The notes: a model not told the origin generated them from the letters alone. A DNA stretch of 64,000 nucleotides from Paludibacteraceae bacterium (GCA_905235505.1 CAJOMJ010000003.1:104-64103), one strand, 5' to 3'. Positions 42,853 to 55,412 are shown, counted from the stretch's first letter. Numbers and translations are program-made.

Positions 42853-44252
42853 TTCTCTGCACTCTTGAAGAGTCTGTTCCAGCGTATGTGTCCGTGGAAC
42901 CAAGGTTTATCTTTCTCCACAGAGAGCCAGATGAAGACAGGTCTGCCGACTATATGGTCTTCGGGCACAAAGCCCCAATATCGCGAGTCGGCGGAGTTGT
43001 GGCGGTTGTCGCCCATCATCCAATAGTAGTCCATTTTGAAGGTGTATTCTTCGCCTATCTGAGCAGTACTGTGCTCATAGACATTGATTACACGGCGGTA
43101 TATCTGCCAGTTGTCGGCAGTAATGGTGATTGTTTCTCCTTTCTTGGGAATATATACAGGCCCGTAGTTATCGCGTGTCCAGCGTACGAGCGAGTCACCT
43201 TGCTCAAACATGGCTCCGAGCGGATAGACATCGCCGCCACGCCATTCAGGCTCTAAAATGACGGTGTCCACAGCAGAGTTCTTCATCAGTTTCTGCTTCA
43301 TCTCTTGGGTGAGGGGGAACTGATAGACAGGCATCTCGGGGTCGAGTCCGAGTGCAAGTTTCTCTTCGACACCGGTCTTGGTCTGTGGTATGAGATGGCG
43401 GTCGTCTTTAGATATCTCAAGTTTGTCGAGCGTGGAGGCAGAGAGCAGTCCGCCTTTGGTCTGCACGAAATAGTTGTACTGCACTCCGGGTTTGTCTTCG
43501 AGAATACTGCCGTTGATATAGATTTGGTTGTCAATAATCTGCAGTGTGTCGCCGGGTTCGCCCACACAGCGTTTCACATAGTTCTCTCTGCGGTCAACGG
43601 GGCGCCAGACTATATCACCGAAAACATCCTTGCGGGTCTCCACATTATGCTTGCCGTAGTAATAGCAGAGTGTGTAGTAGTCTGGGTTTTGCATCTTGGT
43701 GCACACAGTATCGCCGGTGGGGAAATTGAACACGACGATATCGCCTTTCTCAGGTTTATCCCAGCCTTTCAGACGGCGGTACTCCCACTGCGGTTTGTCA
43801 ATATAACTCTTGCCGCCACCGAGCCACTTGGGGAAAGTGTGCTGCACAAGGGGGAAACTGAGAGGAGTGTTCGGCACACGCGGGCCGTAACTTGCCTTGC
43901 TGACAAAGAGGAAATCGCCCACGCGCAGGCTTTTCTCGAGCGAAGAAGATGGAATCTGATAGTTTTGGAAGAGATAGATATTGATGAAATACACCGCTAC
44001 CAAAGCGAAGACTATGGCATCCACCCACGACATTATAGTGTAGAGGGTTTTGTTTGTCTGCTTATATTTCTTCCACCAAGTCCACTTGATGAACTTCGTG
44101 GTGAACATATCCACGATAAAGGGCAACAGGAGCAGCCACCACCAGTTGCCGTGCCATACGAGGAAGAGAACATACAGACCGCCCCACACAGCGGCTTTAA
44201 TCCACTGCTTACGGCTTATATTGCTTATTCGTTCTTTCAGATTAAGTTTCAT
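42849..44252 (-). CDS. lepB: Signal peptidase I
   Basis: 467 aa. Contains the SSSLEKSL serine box and GDNRHNSADSRYWGFVPEDHIVG. Confidence 0.9.
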   Translation of the reverse strand: MKLNLKERISNISRKQWIKAAVWGGLYVLFLVWHGNWWWLLLLPFIVDMFTTKFIKWTWWKKYKQTNKTLYTIMSWVDAIVFALVAVYFINIYLFQNYQIPSSSLEKSLRVGDFLFVSKASYGPRVPNTPLSFPLVQHTFPKWLGGGKSYIDKPQWEYRRLKGWDKPEKGDIVVFNFPTGDTVCTKMQNPDYYTLCYYYGKHNVETRKDVFGDIVWRPVDRRENYVKRCVGEPGDTLQIIDNQIYINGSILEDKPGVQYNYFVQTKGGLLSASTLDKLEISKDDRHLIPQTKTGVEEKLALGLDPEMPVYQFPLTQEMKQKLMKNSAVDTVILEPEWRGGDVYPLGAMFEQGDSLVRWTRDNYGPVYIPKKGETITITADNWQIYRRVINVYEHSTAQIGEEYTFKMDYYWMMGDNRHNSADSRYWGFVPEDHIVGRPVFIWLSVEKDKPWFHGHIRWNRLFKSAEK

Positions 44253-44261
44253 ATCCGGTTG

Positions 44262-44933
44262 TTATTGAATTTTCAGTAAGTCACTCATTGTATAATAGCC
44301 CTTTTTACCCTGCATGAACTCAGCTGCCACAACTGCTCCGAGAGCAAAGCCTTCGCGGCTCTTAGCCTCATGTGTCAACTCGAGTTTGTCCACACCGCTT
44401 TCGTATGTCAGGATATGAGTACCGGGCACTTCGCCCTCTCTGATGCTCTCAATGCTATCGGTTGCCACACCGGTCAGCTCGGCAAGAGTGACGGCAGTAC
44501 CTGATGGCGCATCAAGTTTGTGAATATGATGAATCTCCGTTATCGAAGCCTCATACTCGTTGTATGGTTTCATCAACTCAGCCATACGCTTGCTTAGGGC
44601 AAAGAAAAGATTGACACCGATTGAGAAGTTGCTTGACCAGAACAGAGCCTTGCCGTTGTTTGCAAGTTGTTTCTGCAATTCCGGCAATGCCGCCTGCCAG
44701 CCTGTAGTGCCGGAGACGACGGCTACATTCGCATCCCATGCTCTGCGGATATTATCTGCAGCAGTTGCAGGAGTGGTGAACTCTATTGCCACATCTGCCG
44801 AACGAAAGGCATCGGAGTCGAAGTCCTGAAGGTTGTCTTTATCTATGATACACACTACCTTATGTCCGCGAGCGAGGGCTTTCTGCTCAATCAGTTTGCC
44901 CATCTTGCCATATCCGATCAATGCGATATTCAT
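44262..44933 (-). CDS. dapB: 4-hydroxy-tetrahydrodipicolinate reductase
   Basis: 223 aa. N-terminal NAD(P) fold IALIGYGKMG and the EIHHIHKLDAPSGTA motif. Confidence 0.9.
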   Translation of the reverse strand: MNIALIGYGKMGKLIEQKALARGHKVVCIIDKDNLQDFDSDAFRSADVAIEFTTPATAADNIRRAWDANVAVVSGTTGWQAALPELQKQLANNGKALFWSSNFSIGVNLFFALSKRMAELMKPYNEYEASITEIHHIHKLDAPSGTAVTLAELTGVATDSIESIREGEVPGTHILTYESGVDKLELTHEAKSREGFALGAVVAAEFMQGKKGYYTMSDLLKIQ

Positions 44934-44958
44934 AATTATTAGTTGGTGTTTTAGCGTG

Positions 44959-44966
44959 CAAAGTTA
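44959..44966 (-). promoter_or_regulatory. -7 box (TAacTTTG on the minus strand) for the dapB-lepB-wbqC operon
   Basis: The plus strand reads caaagtta, 26 nt upstream of the dapB ATG. Confidence 0.55.
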
Positions 44967-45051
44967 CAAAGAATAGTTGAAATGACAAAGGGTTACATAT
45001 TGTCAGCATAAATGATTCCAACAATATGTTGTAGAAACAGAGAAATTGTTG

Positions 45052-45059
45052 TATCTTTG
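45052..45059 (+). promoter_or_regulatory. -7 box (TAtcTTTG) upstream of bcp
   Basis: TAnnTTTG match 107 nt upstream of the ATG at 45166. Confidence 0.45.
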
Positions 45060-45165
45060 CAGAGTATTGCAGAATTGATTATATGATTCGGGGATAGTGT
45101 ATAAGGGGCATGGCAAGCAAATTACAATCAGATGTAATCACTTTAACTAAAAAAACATACAGAAT

Positions 45166-45612
45166 ATGCTACAGATTGGAGATAAGATGCCAGAGTTCAG
45201 CGTTGCTGACCAAGACGGCAATATGGTAACAGACAAAGACCTCATAGGCAGACCTACAGTGCTTTATGTCTATCCGAAGGACTCGACACCCGGGTGTACA
45301 GCCGAGGCATGCAACATACGAGACAACTACCATTCGTTCCTTGCACGCGGCTATCAGGTGTATGGTGTGAGCAAGGACTCATCTGCATCACACAGGCGTT
45401 TCATTGAAAAATACAGCCTGCCATTCCCGTTGTTAAGCGACCCGACCACTGAACTATTGCAGGCACTCGGTGCATGGGGAGAGAAGAAACTATACGGCAA
45501 GGTAAGTATGGGGACTATACGTATGACTTTCATCTTCTCAGCCGATGGAATATTAGAGCGCATCATTGACAAAGTGGATACAAAAAACCATACAGAGCAA
45601 TTGTTAGGATAA
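45166..45612 (+). CDS. bcp: Thioredoxin-dependent thiol peroxidase (Bcp/PrxQ)
   Basis: 148 aa with peroxidatic motif YPKDSTPGCT. Confidence 0.85.
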   Translation: MLQIGDKMPEFSVADQDGNMVTDKDLIGRPTVLYVYPKDSTPGCTAEACNIRDNYHSFLARGYQVYGVSKDSSASHRRFIEKYSLPFPLLSDPTTELLQALGAWGEKKLYGKVSMGTIRMTFIFSADGILERIIDKVDTKNHTEQLLG

Positions 45613-45682
45613 GGCGACTGACAGAGTATTCAATAACTTCTCAACATACAAGCAGATTATAACCATTTAGACTACAAGCGAG

Positions 45683-46078
45683 ATGGCAACGCATAATGAA
45701 TTAGGCAGACAAGGTGAGGACTTGGCAGCAGAGATGCTGCGGAAGAAAGGCTACAAGATACTGGAACGCAACTGGCGTTTCAACGGTTGGGAGGTAGATA
45801 TCATTGCCCGCACGAAGAAACAGATAGTGTTCGTAGAGGTTAAGACGCGCAGCGATGATTCACTAATGCTGCCAGAGGATGCAGTTGATTTCAACAGAAG
45901 ATGCAGACTCACATCAGCCGCCAATGCATATATCAACTACAACAAGATATCTCTTGATGTCAGATTCGATATAATAGCAATAGTACTAAACGACAATCGA
46001 TGTGACATCAATCACATCGAAAGTGCATTTCCTCCAACAGCAAGGAAGAAGTATTACGGCAGCAGTTATCGCAGATGA
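45683..46078 (+). CDS. YraN-family (UPF0102) endonuclease-like protein
   Basis: 131 aa. LGRQGEDLAAEMLRKKGYKILERNWR, EVDIIA and FVEVKTR motifs. Confidence 0.8.
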   Translation: MATHNELGRQGEDLAAEMLRKKGYKILERNWRFNGWEVDIIARTKKQIVFVEVKTRSDDSLMLPEDAVDFNRRCRLTSAANAYINYNKISLDVRFDIIAIVLNDNRCDINHIESAFPPTARKKYYGSSYRR

Positions 46079-46112
46079 AGTCTGTGACAAGCGAGTCTAT
46101 GAGAAAGTATGC

Positions 46113-46898
46113 CTATCGCAGCAAGTCTTTTATCAGGCTCTTGTCCATCACTATCTCCGTTTCTCCATACACATAAGGTGCTATTTCGTAAGGATTGAAC
46201 AGATAGATAACGGCATCTTCCGTGAAAGCAAAATTACCATTCGGACGTATACTGTCAAACTCATACCCAGCATCAATAAAGTCCTGCATTGAAGAGAAGG
46301 TCTCGGATTGGTCAATCAGCGTCTGCCGCATTATCCTCGTCAGAGACTCGTTGTACCCGTCCTTGAACACATCAGTTTCTTTTATCAGGTTGCCGGTCTG
46401 CATGTCATAATTATAGAAGTAGCGAGTGTTTATACCGTGGGCACCACCCATATATACATATTGCTCCACTTCGTATGTCAATATATTGTTATCCGTAGCC
46501 ACTACTCTACCCCTCATACTTTGCTGCTCCGAGAGGATATCACCTTCCCTATCCTCGTCGTCATCAAGGCGCTCGGCAAAAGCACGGTTGTTGGCTATAT
46601 ATTCGTTGTATGACAACGACACATACTTCTCTATTGCATTCTCAAGCGACAAACTGCTATACTCAGGTCCGAAAAGGCGCGTAATCAGGTCTTTCTGGAT
46701 ATTGGTTAAAGCAGTATCTACTGCGAGAACAGTAGGGAACTCTATCTCAAACTGGAGAGTTATCGAGTCGTTGCATGCATCGGTCAGACAATATGACCTG
46801 CCATAAGAGATCTGTTCAGTCTCTATAGTCTGTTTGGCACTACATGCCGCAAGCGACAGGACAAGCACAAAAAGGAATATACGATGGAAGTTAGACAT
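46113..46898 (-). CDS. DUF3298/DUF4163-like (RsiV-fold) lipoprotein
   Basis: 261 aa from the ATG at 46898 (MSNFHRIFLFVLVLSLAAC lipobox). Contains YMGGAHGINTRYFYNYD and PYEIAPYVYGETEI. The longer ORF start at 46979 would run through the rpoC terminator. Confidence 0.6.
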   Translation of the reverse strand: MSNFHRIFLFVLVLSLAACSAKQTIETEQISYGRSYCLTDACNDSITLQFEIEFPTVLAVDTALTNIQKDLITRLFGPEYSSLSLENAIEKYVSLSYNEYIANNRAFAERLDDDEDREGDILSEQQSMRGRVVATDNNILTYEVEQYVYMGGAHGINTRYFYNYDMQTGNLIKETDVFKDGYNESLTRIMRQTLIDQSETFSSMQDFIDAGYEFDSIRPNGNFAFTEDAVIYLFNPYEIAPYVYGETEIVMDKSLIKDLLR

Positions 46899-46941
46899 TG
46901 CTAATGGTTTTTGCTGTTTTTCTGTTATTGTTGGATAGTCA

Positions 46942-46972
46942 GAAAAAGAGAGACGCATTTCTACGCCTCTCT
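46942..46972 (-). terminator. Rho-independent terminator after rpoC
   Basis: Minus-strand sense: agagaggcg-tagaaat-gcgtctctct followed by TTTT (9-bp stem including one GU pair). Confidence 0.7.
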
Positions 46973-46982
46973 TTATCATCGG

Positions 46983-49900
46983 TTATTCTTCATCTTCCTC
47001 TTCAGGAGTTTCAGCGGAGGCGCGCTGAGCAAGTAGGCGCTCGTAGTCAGCACGATTGTGTACCACTATCTGCTTGAAATCTCTCTGACCTGTACCGGCT
47101 GGTATCAAGTGACCGCAGATAACGTTCTCCTTCATGCCTTCAAGATAGTCAACTTTGCCATTGATAGCAGCCTCGTTGAGCACTTTGTTGGTTTCCTGGA
47201 AAGAAGCGGCAGACATGAACGACTTGGTACCGAGAGCAGCGCGAGTGATACCCTGCAGCACCTGAGCAGAGGTAGCAGGCATTGCATCACGCACCTCAAC
47301 AAGCTTCTTGTCACGGCGCTTAAGGCTTGAATTCTCATCGTGGAGTTTGCGTGGAGCCACTATCTGACCTGCGTGCAGGTTCTCGGAGTCACCGGCATCA
47401 ACAACCACTTTCTTACCCCAGATACGGTCATTCTCCTCAAGGAAGTCGTTCTTTTCAACAAGTTGTTTCTCAAGGAAGCGAGTGTCACCCGGATCAAGAA
47501 TCTCCACCTTGCGCATCATCTGACGCACGATAATCTCGAAGTGTTTGTCGTTAATCTTCACACCTTGCAGACGGTAAACATCCTGCACTTCGTTGACGAT
47601 ATAATCCTGCACAGCGGTTGGACCCTTGATGGCAAGAATATCATCAGGTGTTACAGCACCATCAGAGAGCGGAGTACCGGCACGAACGAAGTCGTTCTCC
47701 TGAACAAGAATCTGCTTGGAGAGAGGTATGAGATATTTCTTCTCCTCACCCAGACGCGAAGTAACAGTCAGTTCACGGTTACCACGTTTGATTTTGCCGA
47801 ATGTCACCTCACCATCGATTTCACTTACAATGGCAGGGTTGCTACTGTTGCGTGCCTCGAACAGTTCGGTTACACGTGGCAGACCACCTGTGATATCACC
47901 GGCTTTACCAACAGTACGAGGTATCTTTATCAGCAAATCGCCTACCTTAACCTCATCACCGTCCTTAACCTGCAAGTGAGCACTTAACGGAAGGTTGTAT
48001 GTACGCAAGATATTACCATCCTTGTCAACAATATGCGCAGTAGGCATCTTTGTTTTGTCCTTGGAGTCAATGATAATAGTCTCTTTCAAACCTGTTGTTT
48101 CATCGGTCTCCGTTTTGGCAGTAACGTTCTCGAGCACATCTTCATAACGTACTTTACCATTGTTCTCGATAACGATAGTGGCATTGAAAGGATCCCACTC
48201 GCAAATGAGGGTACCCTTCTCATACTTCTTACCGTTTTCTACGAACAATTTAGCAGCATACGGGATATTGAAGGTGGTAAGAATGACACCGGTATTCTCG
48301 TCACGCAGACGCATTTCAGTCTGACGGCTGACAACGATTGTGTCAGTTTCTGTTTTGACGGTACGGAGTTCTTCGAGTTCTACTATACCATCGTATTTAA
48401 GTGTATAACTTGACTCAGTAGCAACGTTGCCTGCAACACCACCGACGTGGAAAGTACGAAGTGTAAGCTGGGTACCCGGCTCACCGATTGACTGGGCAGC
48501 GATAACACCGACAGCCTCACCTTTCTCAACAAGGCGGCCTGTAGCAAGATTACGACCGTAGCACTTTGCGCATACGCCATGCTTTGACTCGCAGGTAAGT
48601 ACCGAACGGATTTCCACAGCCTCGATAGCAGATTTCTCTATCTTCTCGGCAGCATCTTCGCGAATCTCTTCGCCTGCAGCCACATAGAGCTCGCCTGTAA
48701 TCGGGTCATAGACATCATGCACACTAACACGACCGAGGATACGATCATAAAGAGATGCAACAACGTTCTCGTTCTTCTTGATTTCGGTAGCAGTCAGTCC
48801 GCGCAATGTGCCGCAGTCTTCTTCGGTTATAATCACATCGTGGCTGACATCGACAAGACGACGGGTAAGATAACCGGCGTCAGCCGTCTTAAGAGCGGTA
48901 TCGGCAAGACCCTTACGTGCACCGTGAGTAGAGATGAAGTACTCAAGCACTGACAGACCTTCCTTGAAGTTGGAAAGAATAGGGTTCTCAATAGTCTGAC
49001 CACCTTCGACACCTGCCTTCTGAGGTTTAGCCATAAGTCCACGCATACCACTCAGCTGTTTAATCTGCTGTTTGGAACCACGGGCACCTGAGTCCATCAT
49101 CATATATACAGCGTTGAATCCCTGGTCAGCCTCAGCCATTTCTTTCATCAATACCTGTGTGAGGTTGGTATCGACGTGCGTCCATGTGTCAATAACCTGG
49201 TTGTAACGCTCGTTGTTGGTGATAAGTCCATTGTTGTAGTTGAAAGTAATCTCTTCAATTTCATTGTTTCCTTCTTCTACGAGACTATCTTTCTCAGGAG
49301 GAATTATAATGTCATTGAGGTTGAACGACAGACCGCCCTTGAATGCCATCTGATAACCGAGGTCCTTGATGTCGTCAAGGAATTGGGCTGTACGGGCCAC
49401 ACCACAGGTCTTGATGACATCACCAATGATGTCGCGAAGAGCATTTTTCTTCAATACAACATTCACATAGCCCACTTCCTTTGGTACGTAACGATTGACA
49501 AGAACACGGCCCGGAGTAGTCTCAATGATATGTGTTACCTCTTTACCGTCCACCATGTCGTCAATACGCACCTTAACTTTAGCATGCATATCCACTTTCT
49601 TCTCGTTAAGAGCAATCTCCACTTCCTCAGGTGAATAGAAGATCAGTCCTTCGCCCTTTGCACCTGCACGCTCTTTTGTAATATAATACAGACCGAGCAC
49701 CATATCCTGAGAAGGTACAGTGATAGGAGCACCGTTGGCAGGGTTGAGGATGTTATGCGAGCCAAGCATAAGCAGTTGTGCCTCCAATATAGCCTCATTG
49801 CTAAGCGGGAGGTGAACAGCCATCTGGTCACCGTCGAAGTCGGCATTGAAACCGGTACATGCCAGCGGGTGCAACTGAATAGCCTTACCGGAAATCATAC

Positions 49901-51272
49901 GAGGTTGGAATGCAAGAATACCCAGACGGTGAAGTGTCGGAGCACGGTTGAGAAGCACAGGGTGTCCTTCCATCACATGCTCAAGAATATCCCAGATAAT
50001 AGGATCCTTGCGGTCGATAATCTTCTTGGCAGACTTGACAGTCTTTACTATGCCGCGCTCAATAAGTTTGCGGATGATGAATGGTTTGTAGAGTTCGGCA
50101 GCCATATCCTGGGGCAGACCACATTCATGCATCTTCAACTCAGGACCTACCACGATAACCGAACGTGCAGAATAGTCAACACGCTTACCAAGCAGGTTCT
50201 GACGGAAACGGCCTTGTTTACCCTTCAGCGAGTCGCTCAAAGACTTCAACGGGCGGTTTGCGTCACTCTTGATGGCAGTGCTCTTGCGAGAGTTGTCCAG
50301 CAGAGAGTCAACAGCCTCCTGAAGCATACGTTTCTCGTTGCGGAGGATGACTTCGGGTGCTTTGATTTCTATCAGTCGTTTCAAGCGGTTATTACGTATG
50401 ATGACACGACGATAGAGGTCATTAAGGTCACTTGTTGCGAAGCGTCCGCCATCAAGTGGTACTAAAGGACGGAGTTCGGGAGGAGTGACGGGTATAATCT
50501 TAAGAATCATCCACTCGGGTCGGTTCTTATTCTTGGATGCACGGAACGACTCAACAACCTGCAGACGTTTCAAAGCTTCGGTCTTACGCTGTTGTGATGA
50601 ATCCTTGGATGCACGGTCGCGAAGTTCATAGGACAAAGTGTCAAGGTCCAAACGGCAAAGCAGATCATAAATAGCCTCTGCACCCATCTTGGCTATGAAC
50701 TTCTGAGGATCAGTATCCTCAAGCGACTGATTGTTCTGAGGCAGTTTGTCTAACAAATCCAGATACTCGTCTTCAGTAAGGAGCATATTGTTTTCAACAA
50801 CCTGACCATCGCCGAACTCTTGTCCTTCCAACACGCCGCTTTGAATGACTACATACTTCTCATAATAGATGATGCTGTCAAGTTTCTTTGTCGGCATGCC
50901 AAGCAGATAACCCATCTTGTTGGGCAGCGAACGGAAATACCAGATATGTGCTACCGGTACGACCAGTTGAATATGACCCATACGTTCACGGCGTACCTTC
51001 TTCTCTGTAACTTCTACACCGCAACGGTCACATACGATACCCTTATAACGGATACGTTTGTATTTCCCGCAATGGCACTCATAGTCACGGGTAGGACCAA
51101 AGATACGTTCACAGAACAGACCATCGCGCTCGGGCTTGTAAGTGCGGTAGTTGATAGTCTCAGGTTTCAGCACCTCACCGCTGGAAAGGCGGAGAATCTC
51201 TTCAGGGGATGCAAGACCAATTGTAATCTTGTTGAAACCCTTACTTGTTTTATTATCTTGTTTATAAGCCAT
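46983..51272 (-). CDS. rpoC: DNA-directed RNA polymerase subunit beta'
   Basis: 1429 aa with [12 protein letters not shown] catalytic loop and zinc-binding [20 protein letters not shown]. Confidence 0.98.
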   Translation of the reverse strand: MAYKQDNKTSKGFNKITIGLASPEEILRLSSGEVLKPETINYRTYKPERDGLFCERIFGPTRDYECHCGKYKRIRYKGIVCDRCGVEVTEKKVRRERMGHIQLVVPVAHIWYFRSLPNKMGYLLGMPTKKLDSIIYYEKYVVIQSGVLEGQEFGDGQVVENNMLLTEDEYLDLLDKLPQNNQSLEDTDPQKFIAKMGAEAIYDLLCRLDLDTLSYELRDRASKDSSQQRKTEALKRLQVVESFRASKNKNRPEWMILKIIPVTPPELRPLVPLDGGRFATSDLNDLYRRVIIRNNRLKRLIEIKAPEVILRNEKRMLQEAVDSLLDNSRKSTAIKSDANRPLKSLSDSLKGKQGRFRQNLLGKRVDYSARSVIVVGPELKMHECGLPQDMAAELYKPFIIRKLIERGIVKTVKSAKKIIDRKDPIIWDILEHVMEGHPVLLNRAPTLHRLGILAFQPRMISGKAIQLHPLACTGFNADFDGDQMAVHLPLSNEAILEAQLLMLGSHNILNPANGAPITVPSQDMVLGLYYITKERAGAKGEGLIFYSPEEVEIALNEKKVDMHAKVKVRIDDMVDGKEVTHIIETTPGRVLVNRYVPKEVGYVNVVLKKNALRDIIGDVIKTCGVARTAQFLDDIKDLGYQMAFKGGLSFNLNDIIIPPEKDSLVEEGNNEIEEITFNYNNGLITNNERYNQVIDTWTHVDTNLTQVLMKEMAEADQGFNAVYMMMDSGARGSKQQIKQLSGMRGLMAKPQKAGVEGGQTIENPILSNFKEGLSVLEYFISTHGARKGLADTALKTADAGYLTRRLVDVSHDVIITEEDCGTLRGLTATEIKKNENVVASLYDRILGRVSVHDVYDPITGELYVAAGEEIREDAAEKIEKSAIEAVEIRSVLTCESKHGVCAKCYGRNLATGRLVEKGEAVGVIAAQSIGEPGTQLTLRTFHVGGVAGNVATESSYTLKYDGIVELEELRTVKTETDTIVVSRQTEMRLRDENTGVILTTFNIPYAAKLFVENGKKYEKGTLICEWDPFNATIVIENNGKVRYEDVLENVTAKTETDETTGLKETIIIDSKDKTKMPTAHIVDKDGNILRTYNLPLSAHLQVKDGDEVKVGDLLIKIPRTVGKAGDITGGLPRVTELFEARNSSNPAIVSEIDGEVTFGKIKRGNRELTVTSRLGEEKKYLIPLSKQILVQENDFVRAGTPLSDGAVTPDDILAIKGPTAVQDYIVNEVQDVYRLQGVKINDKHFEIIVRQMMRKVEILDPGDTRFLEKQLVEKNDFLEENDRIWGKKVVVDAGDSENLHAGQIVAPRKLHDENSSLKRRDKKLVEVRDAMPATSAQVLQGITRAALGTKSFMSAASFQETNKVLNEAAINGKVDYLEGMKENVICGHLIPAGTGQRDFKQIVVHNRADYERLLAQRASAETPEEEDEE

Positions 51273-51287
51273 AATTTTAAGTTGGTT

Positions 51288-51360
51288 AATTGTGGAATTG
51301 TTGAATTGTGGAATTGTAACATTGTTTCAGTTCACCAGTTCTCCAATTCGCCAGTTTCAC
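51288..51360 (-). repeat. rpoB-rpoC spacer made of short tandem repeats (2 x 14-mer at 16-bp period, then 4 x ~8-mer)
   Basis: aattgtggaattgt at 51288-51301 and 51304-51317. cagttcac/cagttctc/caattcgc/cagtttcac at 51328-51360. Confidence 0.85.
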
Positions 51361-51363
51361 ATT

Positions 51364-54300
51364 TTATTCCATATTGATGCTGAGAGCCAGACCTTGGAGT
51401 TCATGCAAGAGCACATTGAGTGACTCCGGCAGACCCGGTGTAGGCATAGGCTCGCCTTTAACTATTGCCTCGTAAGTGCGGGCACGACCATTAACATCGT
51501 CAGACTTGACGGTCAGAATCTCCTGCAGTACATGAGCTGCACCATGAGCCTCAAGAGCCCAAACCTCCATCTCACCAAAACGCTGACCACCGAACTGTGC
51601 TTTACCTCCAAGAGGTTGTTGGGTAATCAAACTGTAAGGACCAATGGAACGAGCGTGCATCTTATCGTCAACCATGTGACCCAACTTCATGAAGTATGTG
51701 ACACCGACAGTTGCAGGTTGGTCGAACATCTCACCAGTACCACCATCATAGAGATAAGTTTTACCTGCACGAGGAAGTCCGGCTTTGTCAGTCCACTCAT
51801 TGAGGTCATCCATAGTACAACCATCGAAGATAGGAGTGGCAAACTTAACTCCGAGTTCTTTGCCTGCCCAACCGAGCACAGCCTCGAATATCTGACCAAG
51901 GTTCATACGTGAAGGAACACCAAGCGGGTTAAGCACGATATCTACAGGAGTACCGTCTGCAAGGAAAGGCATATCTTCTACACGCACAATCTTGCTGACA
52001 ATACCCTTGTTACCATGACGACCTGCCATCTTGTCACCGACACGAATCTTACGTTTCTTGCAGACGTAAACTTTTGCCATCTGAACAATACCATTGGGCA
52101 GTTCATCACCAATAGTAATGTCATAACTTTCACGTTTGAGGCAAGCGTCCAACTCCTTATACTTCTTTATGTAATTAAGTATGCATTGCTGAATGAGGAC
52201 ATTCTTTTCATCATCGAAAGTCCAACGAGCAAGCATAACAGAGTTATAGTCGATTTGTTCCAGACGCTCACGAGTAAAGCGGCTATTTCTTGTAATAACA
52301 TCTGTACCCATGAAATCCTTTACACCTGCTGAAGGTTTGCCTTCAGTGAGGACAAGCAGTTTCTCCACCAGTTGCATTTTCAGTTCTTGAGCCTTAGCCT
52401 CAAACTGAGCCTGCTTTTCTGCCAATTTCAGTTTGTCATCCTGTTTCTCTTTGCGGTCTTTGTTAGGTCTCTGATACAGACGCTTACCGATGACGACACC
52501 TGACAATGACGGAGAAGCCTTAAGAGAGGCATCTTTCACATCACCTGCCTTCTCACCGAAGATAGCCTTAAGCAATTTTTCTTCAGGTGACGGGTCGCTT
52601 TCGCCTTTAGGAGTAATCTTACCAATGATGATATCACCGGGCTCAATACGGGCACCTATTCTAACGATACCATTCTCATCGAGGTCTTTTGTTGCATCTT
52701 CGCTGACATTAGGTATGTCTGCAGTAAATTCCTCAAGACCACGCTTTGTCTCGCGGACTTCAAGCAGTTGTTCAACCACATGTACGGAGGTAAACATATC
52801 CTCACGGACAATACGTTCAGAGAGAACTATGGCATCCTCATAGTTGTAACCCTTCCAAGGAATATATGCGACCTTGAGGTTCTTACCAAGAGCCAATTCA
52901 CCATTCTGCGTAGCGAAACCTTCTGTCATAATCTGACCTGCTTCTACCATATCGCCCTTACGGACAATAGGATGAAGGTCAATGGTGGTATTCTGGTTGG
53001 TACGTTGGAACTTGGGTATTTTGTACTCTTTTACAGAAGAGTCGAAACTGATGAATTCTTCATCTTCAGTACGCTCATACTTAACACGAATGACATCAGC
53101 ATCAACATACAGAACTTCACCTTTGCCTTCTGCAACGAGTTGTGTACGTGAATCTTGAATCAGTTGTCCTTCAATACCTGTTCCTACAATAGGAGCTTCC
53201 GAAGTAATCAATGGTACAGCCTGACGCATCATGTTCGAACCCATCAAAGCACGGTTAGCATCATCATGCTCAAGGAAAGGAATAAGCGCTGCAGCGATTG
53301 AAGCAATCTGAGAAGGAGCAACGTCCATCAACGAGATACTCTCAGGACCTACGACAGGGAAATCAGCCTCATAACGGGCTTTAATCTTGTCACGGGTGAA
53401 ATGTCCGTTTTCATCAAGCGGAGCATTACCTTGTGCAACGATATGCTTTTCCTCGTCTTCAGCAGTCATATAAATAATGCCCTCATCAGAAAGGTCAACT
53501 ACAGAGTTTTCCACTTTGCGGTAAGGGGTCTCAATGAAACCGAGACTATTGATTTTGGCATAAATGCAGAGTGAGGAGATAAGACCGATATTAGGGCCTT
53601 CAGGAGTCTCAATCGGGCAAAGACGACCATAGTGAGTATAGTGAACGTCACGAACCTCGAATCCGGCACGGTCACGACTCAAACCACCGGGGCCAAGAGC
53701 GGACATACGACGTTTGTGAGTAATCTCTGCCAACGGATTCTGCTGATCCATAAACTGCGAAAGAGCATTGGTACCGAAATAGGTGTTGATTACAGAAGAT
53801 ATACTCTTGGCATTGATAAGGTCTGTCGGAGTGAAAACCTCGTTGTCACGGACATTCATACGTTCACGGATAGTACGCGACATACGTGCCAAACCAATAC
53901 CGAACTGGTTGTAGAGCTGCTCACCCACAGTGCGGACACGACGGTTGCTGAGGTGGTCGATATCGTCAACTTCTGCGTTGGAGTTGATGAGTTCAATAAG
54001 ATACTTGATAATCTCAATTATATCCTCTTTCGTAAGAACTCTTGTTTCCTCCGGGATTTCCAGATGAAGTTTACGATTGATTCTATAACGACCTACATCA
54101 CCAAGGTCATAACGTTTTTCAGAGAAGAACAGGCCATTTATAACTTCACGGGCCGTGTTATCATCTGCAGGTTCTGCGTTACGAAGCTGACGATAGATAT
54201 AAAGCACAGCCTCTTTCTCCGAGTTTGTCGGGTCTTTCTGAAGAGTATTGAAAATGATGCTATTATCATTAGTACCTTCAACCTCAGGATGAAGAAGTAT

Positions 54301-55176
54301 AGATTTAGCACCTGAATCAAGTATGTCTTGGATATTTTCCTTAGTCAGCTCTGCTTCACGTTCAATGATGACCTCATTACGTTCAATGGTAACCACCTCG
54401 CCGGTATCTTCGTCAACGAAGTCCTCTGTCCATGCTTTCAGGACACGTGCAGCAAGACGACGGCCAAGATACTTGTTCAAGCCTGCTTTGCTTACCTTTA
54501 CTTCCTCAGCCAGACCAAAGCACTCAAGTATATCCTTATCGCTCTCATAACCGATGGCGCGCAAAAGAGTTGTTACAGGCAATTTCTTTTTGCGGTCAAT
54601 GTAAGCATACATCACATTGTTAATGTCTGTTGCAAACTCTATCCATGAACCGCGGAAAGGAATAATACGAGCAGAATAAAGTTGTGTACCATTAGTGTGA
54701 CGGCTTGTGCCGAAGAACACACCGGGCGAGCGGTGAAGCTGACTAACGACTACACGCTCTGCACCATTAATTACGAAAGTACCTTTAGGGGTCATATAGG
54801 GGATAGTTCCAAGAAATACATCTTGTACTTCTGTTGCGAAATCCTCATGATCCGGATCAGTACATGAAAGTTTCAGTTTTGCCTTCAAAGGCACACTATA
54901 AGTAAGACCTCTTTGCAGACACTCTTCAATAGTATAGCGGGGAGGATCTACAAAATAATCAAGAAACTCAAGAATAAAGTTGTTTCGAGTGTCCGTAATA
55001 GGAAAGTTCTCGGAAAAAACTTTATAGAGTCCCTCTTGACGACGTTGCTCCGGAGAAGAATCCATCTGAAAGAACTCACGAAAAGACTTCAGCTGAATAT
55101 CCAGGAAATCCGGATAAGGCATCTGCTTCTGGATAGAAGCAAAGTTGACTCTTTCTGTCTTTTTTGTTGAAGCCAT
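51364..55176 (-). CDS. rpoB: DNA-directed RNA polymerase subunit beta
   Basis: 1270 aa with conserved rpoB blocks, e.g. [12 protein letters not shown] and the SQLSQFMDQ-like region [12 protein letters not shown]. Confidence 0.98.
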   Translation of the reverse strand: MASTKKTERVNFASIQKQMPYPDFLDIQLKSFREFFQMDSSPEQRRQEGLYKVFSENFPITDTRNNFILEFLDYFVDPPRYTIEECLQRGLTYSVPLKAKLKLSCTDPDHEDFATEVQDVFLGTIPYMTPKGTFVINGAERVVVSQLHRSPGVFFGTSRHTNGTQLYSARIIPFRGSWIEFATDINNVMYAYIDRKKKLPVTTLLRAIGYESDKDILECFGLAEEVKVSKAGLNKYLGRRLAARVLKAWTEDFVDEDTGEVVTIERNEVIIEREAELTKENIQDILDSGAKSILLHPEVEGTNDNSIIFNTLQKDPTNSEKEAVLYIYRQLRNAEPADDNTAREVINGLFFSEKRYDLGDVGRYRINRKLHLEIPEETRVLTKEDIIEIIKYLIELINSNAEVDDIDHLSNRRVRTVGEQLYNQFGIGLARMSRTIRERMNVRDNEVFTPTDLINAKSISSVINTYFGTNALSQFMDQQNPLAEITHKRRMSALGPGGLSRDRAGFEVRDVHYTHYGRLCPIETPEGPNIGLISSLCIYAKINSLGFIETPYRKVENSVVDLSDEGIIYMTAEDEEKHIVAQGNAPLDENGHFTRDKIKARYEADFPVVGPESISLMDVAPSQIASIAAALIPFLEHDDANRALMGSNMMRQAVPLITSEAPIVGTGIEGQLIQDSRTQLVAEGKGEVLYVDADVIRVKYERTEDEEFISFDSSVKEYKIPKFQRTNQNTTIDLHPIVRKGDMVEAGQIMTEGFATQNGELALGKNLKVAYIPWKGYNYEDAIVLSERIVREDMFTSVHVVEQLLEVRETKRGLEEFTADIPNVSEDATKDLDENGIVRIGARIEPGDIIIGKITPKGESDPSPEEKLLKAIFGEKAGDVKDASLKASPSLSGVVIGKRLYQRPNKDRKEKQDDKLKLAEKQAQFEAKAQELKMQLVEKLLVLTEGKPSAGVKDFMGTDVITRNSRFTRERLEQIDYNSVMLARWTFDDEKNVLIQQCILNYIKKYKELDACLKRESYDITIGDELPNGIVQMAKVYVCKKRKIRVGDKMAGRHGNKGIVSKIVRVEDMPFLADGTPVDIVLNPLGVPSRMNLGQIFEAVLGWAGKELGVKFATPIFDGCTMDDLNEWTDKAGLPRAGKTYLYDGGTGEMFDQPATVGVTYFMKLGHMVDDKMHARSIGPYSLITQQPLGGKAQFGGQRFGEMEVWALEAHGAAHVLQEILTVKSDDVNGRARTYEAIVKGEPMPTPGLPESLNVLLHELQGLALSINME

Positions 55177-55343
55177 AGAAAATGGTTTTATATTGTTAAT
55201 TTTATGAATATCCGTATGGAAGAGAATAATTTATCAGAACTAAAGAATACTTAATAGCCATATCTGCATGTTAGTATATTTTTATATATAATAGTATTCT
55301 TGGTTGAAATTTATCATTATTTAATAATATGCATTATTTTAGA

Positions 55344-55380
55344 CTAAAAGGTATAGAGCCCAGAACAGGCTCTATACCTT
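55344..55380 (-). terminator. Hairpin/attenuator between rplL and rpoB
   Basis: Minus-strand sense: aaggtatagagcc-tgttctg-ggctctatacctt followed by TT, 33 nt after the rplL stop. An attenuator at this position is known from E. coli rplJL-rpoBC. Confidence 0.6.
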
Positions 55381-55412
55381 GTACCTATGGTACATAGGCG
55401 GTAATGGTTGGA

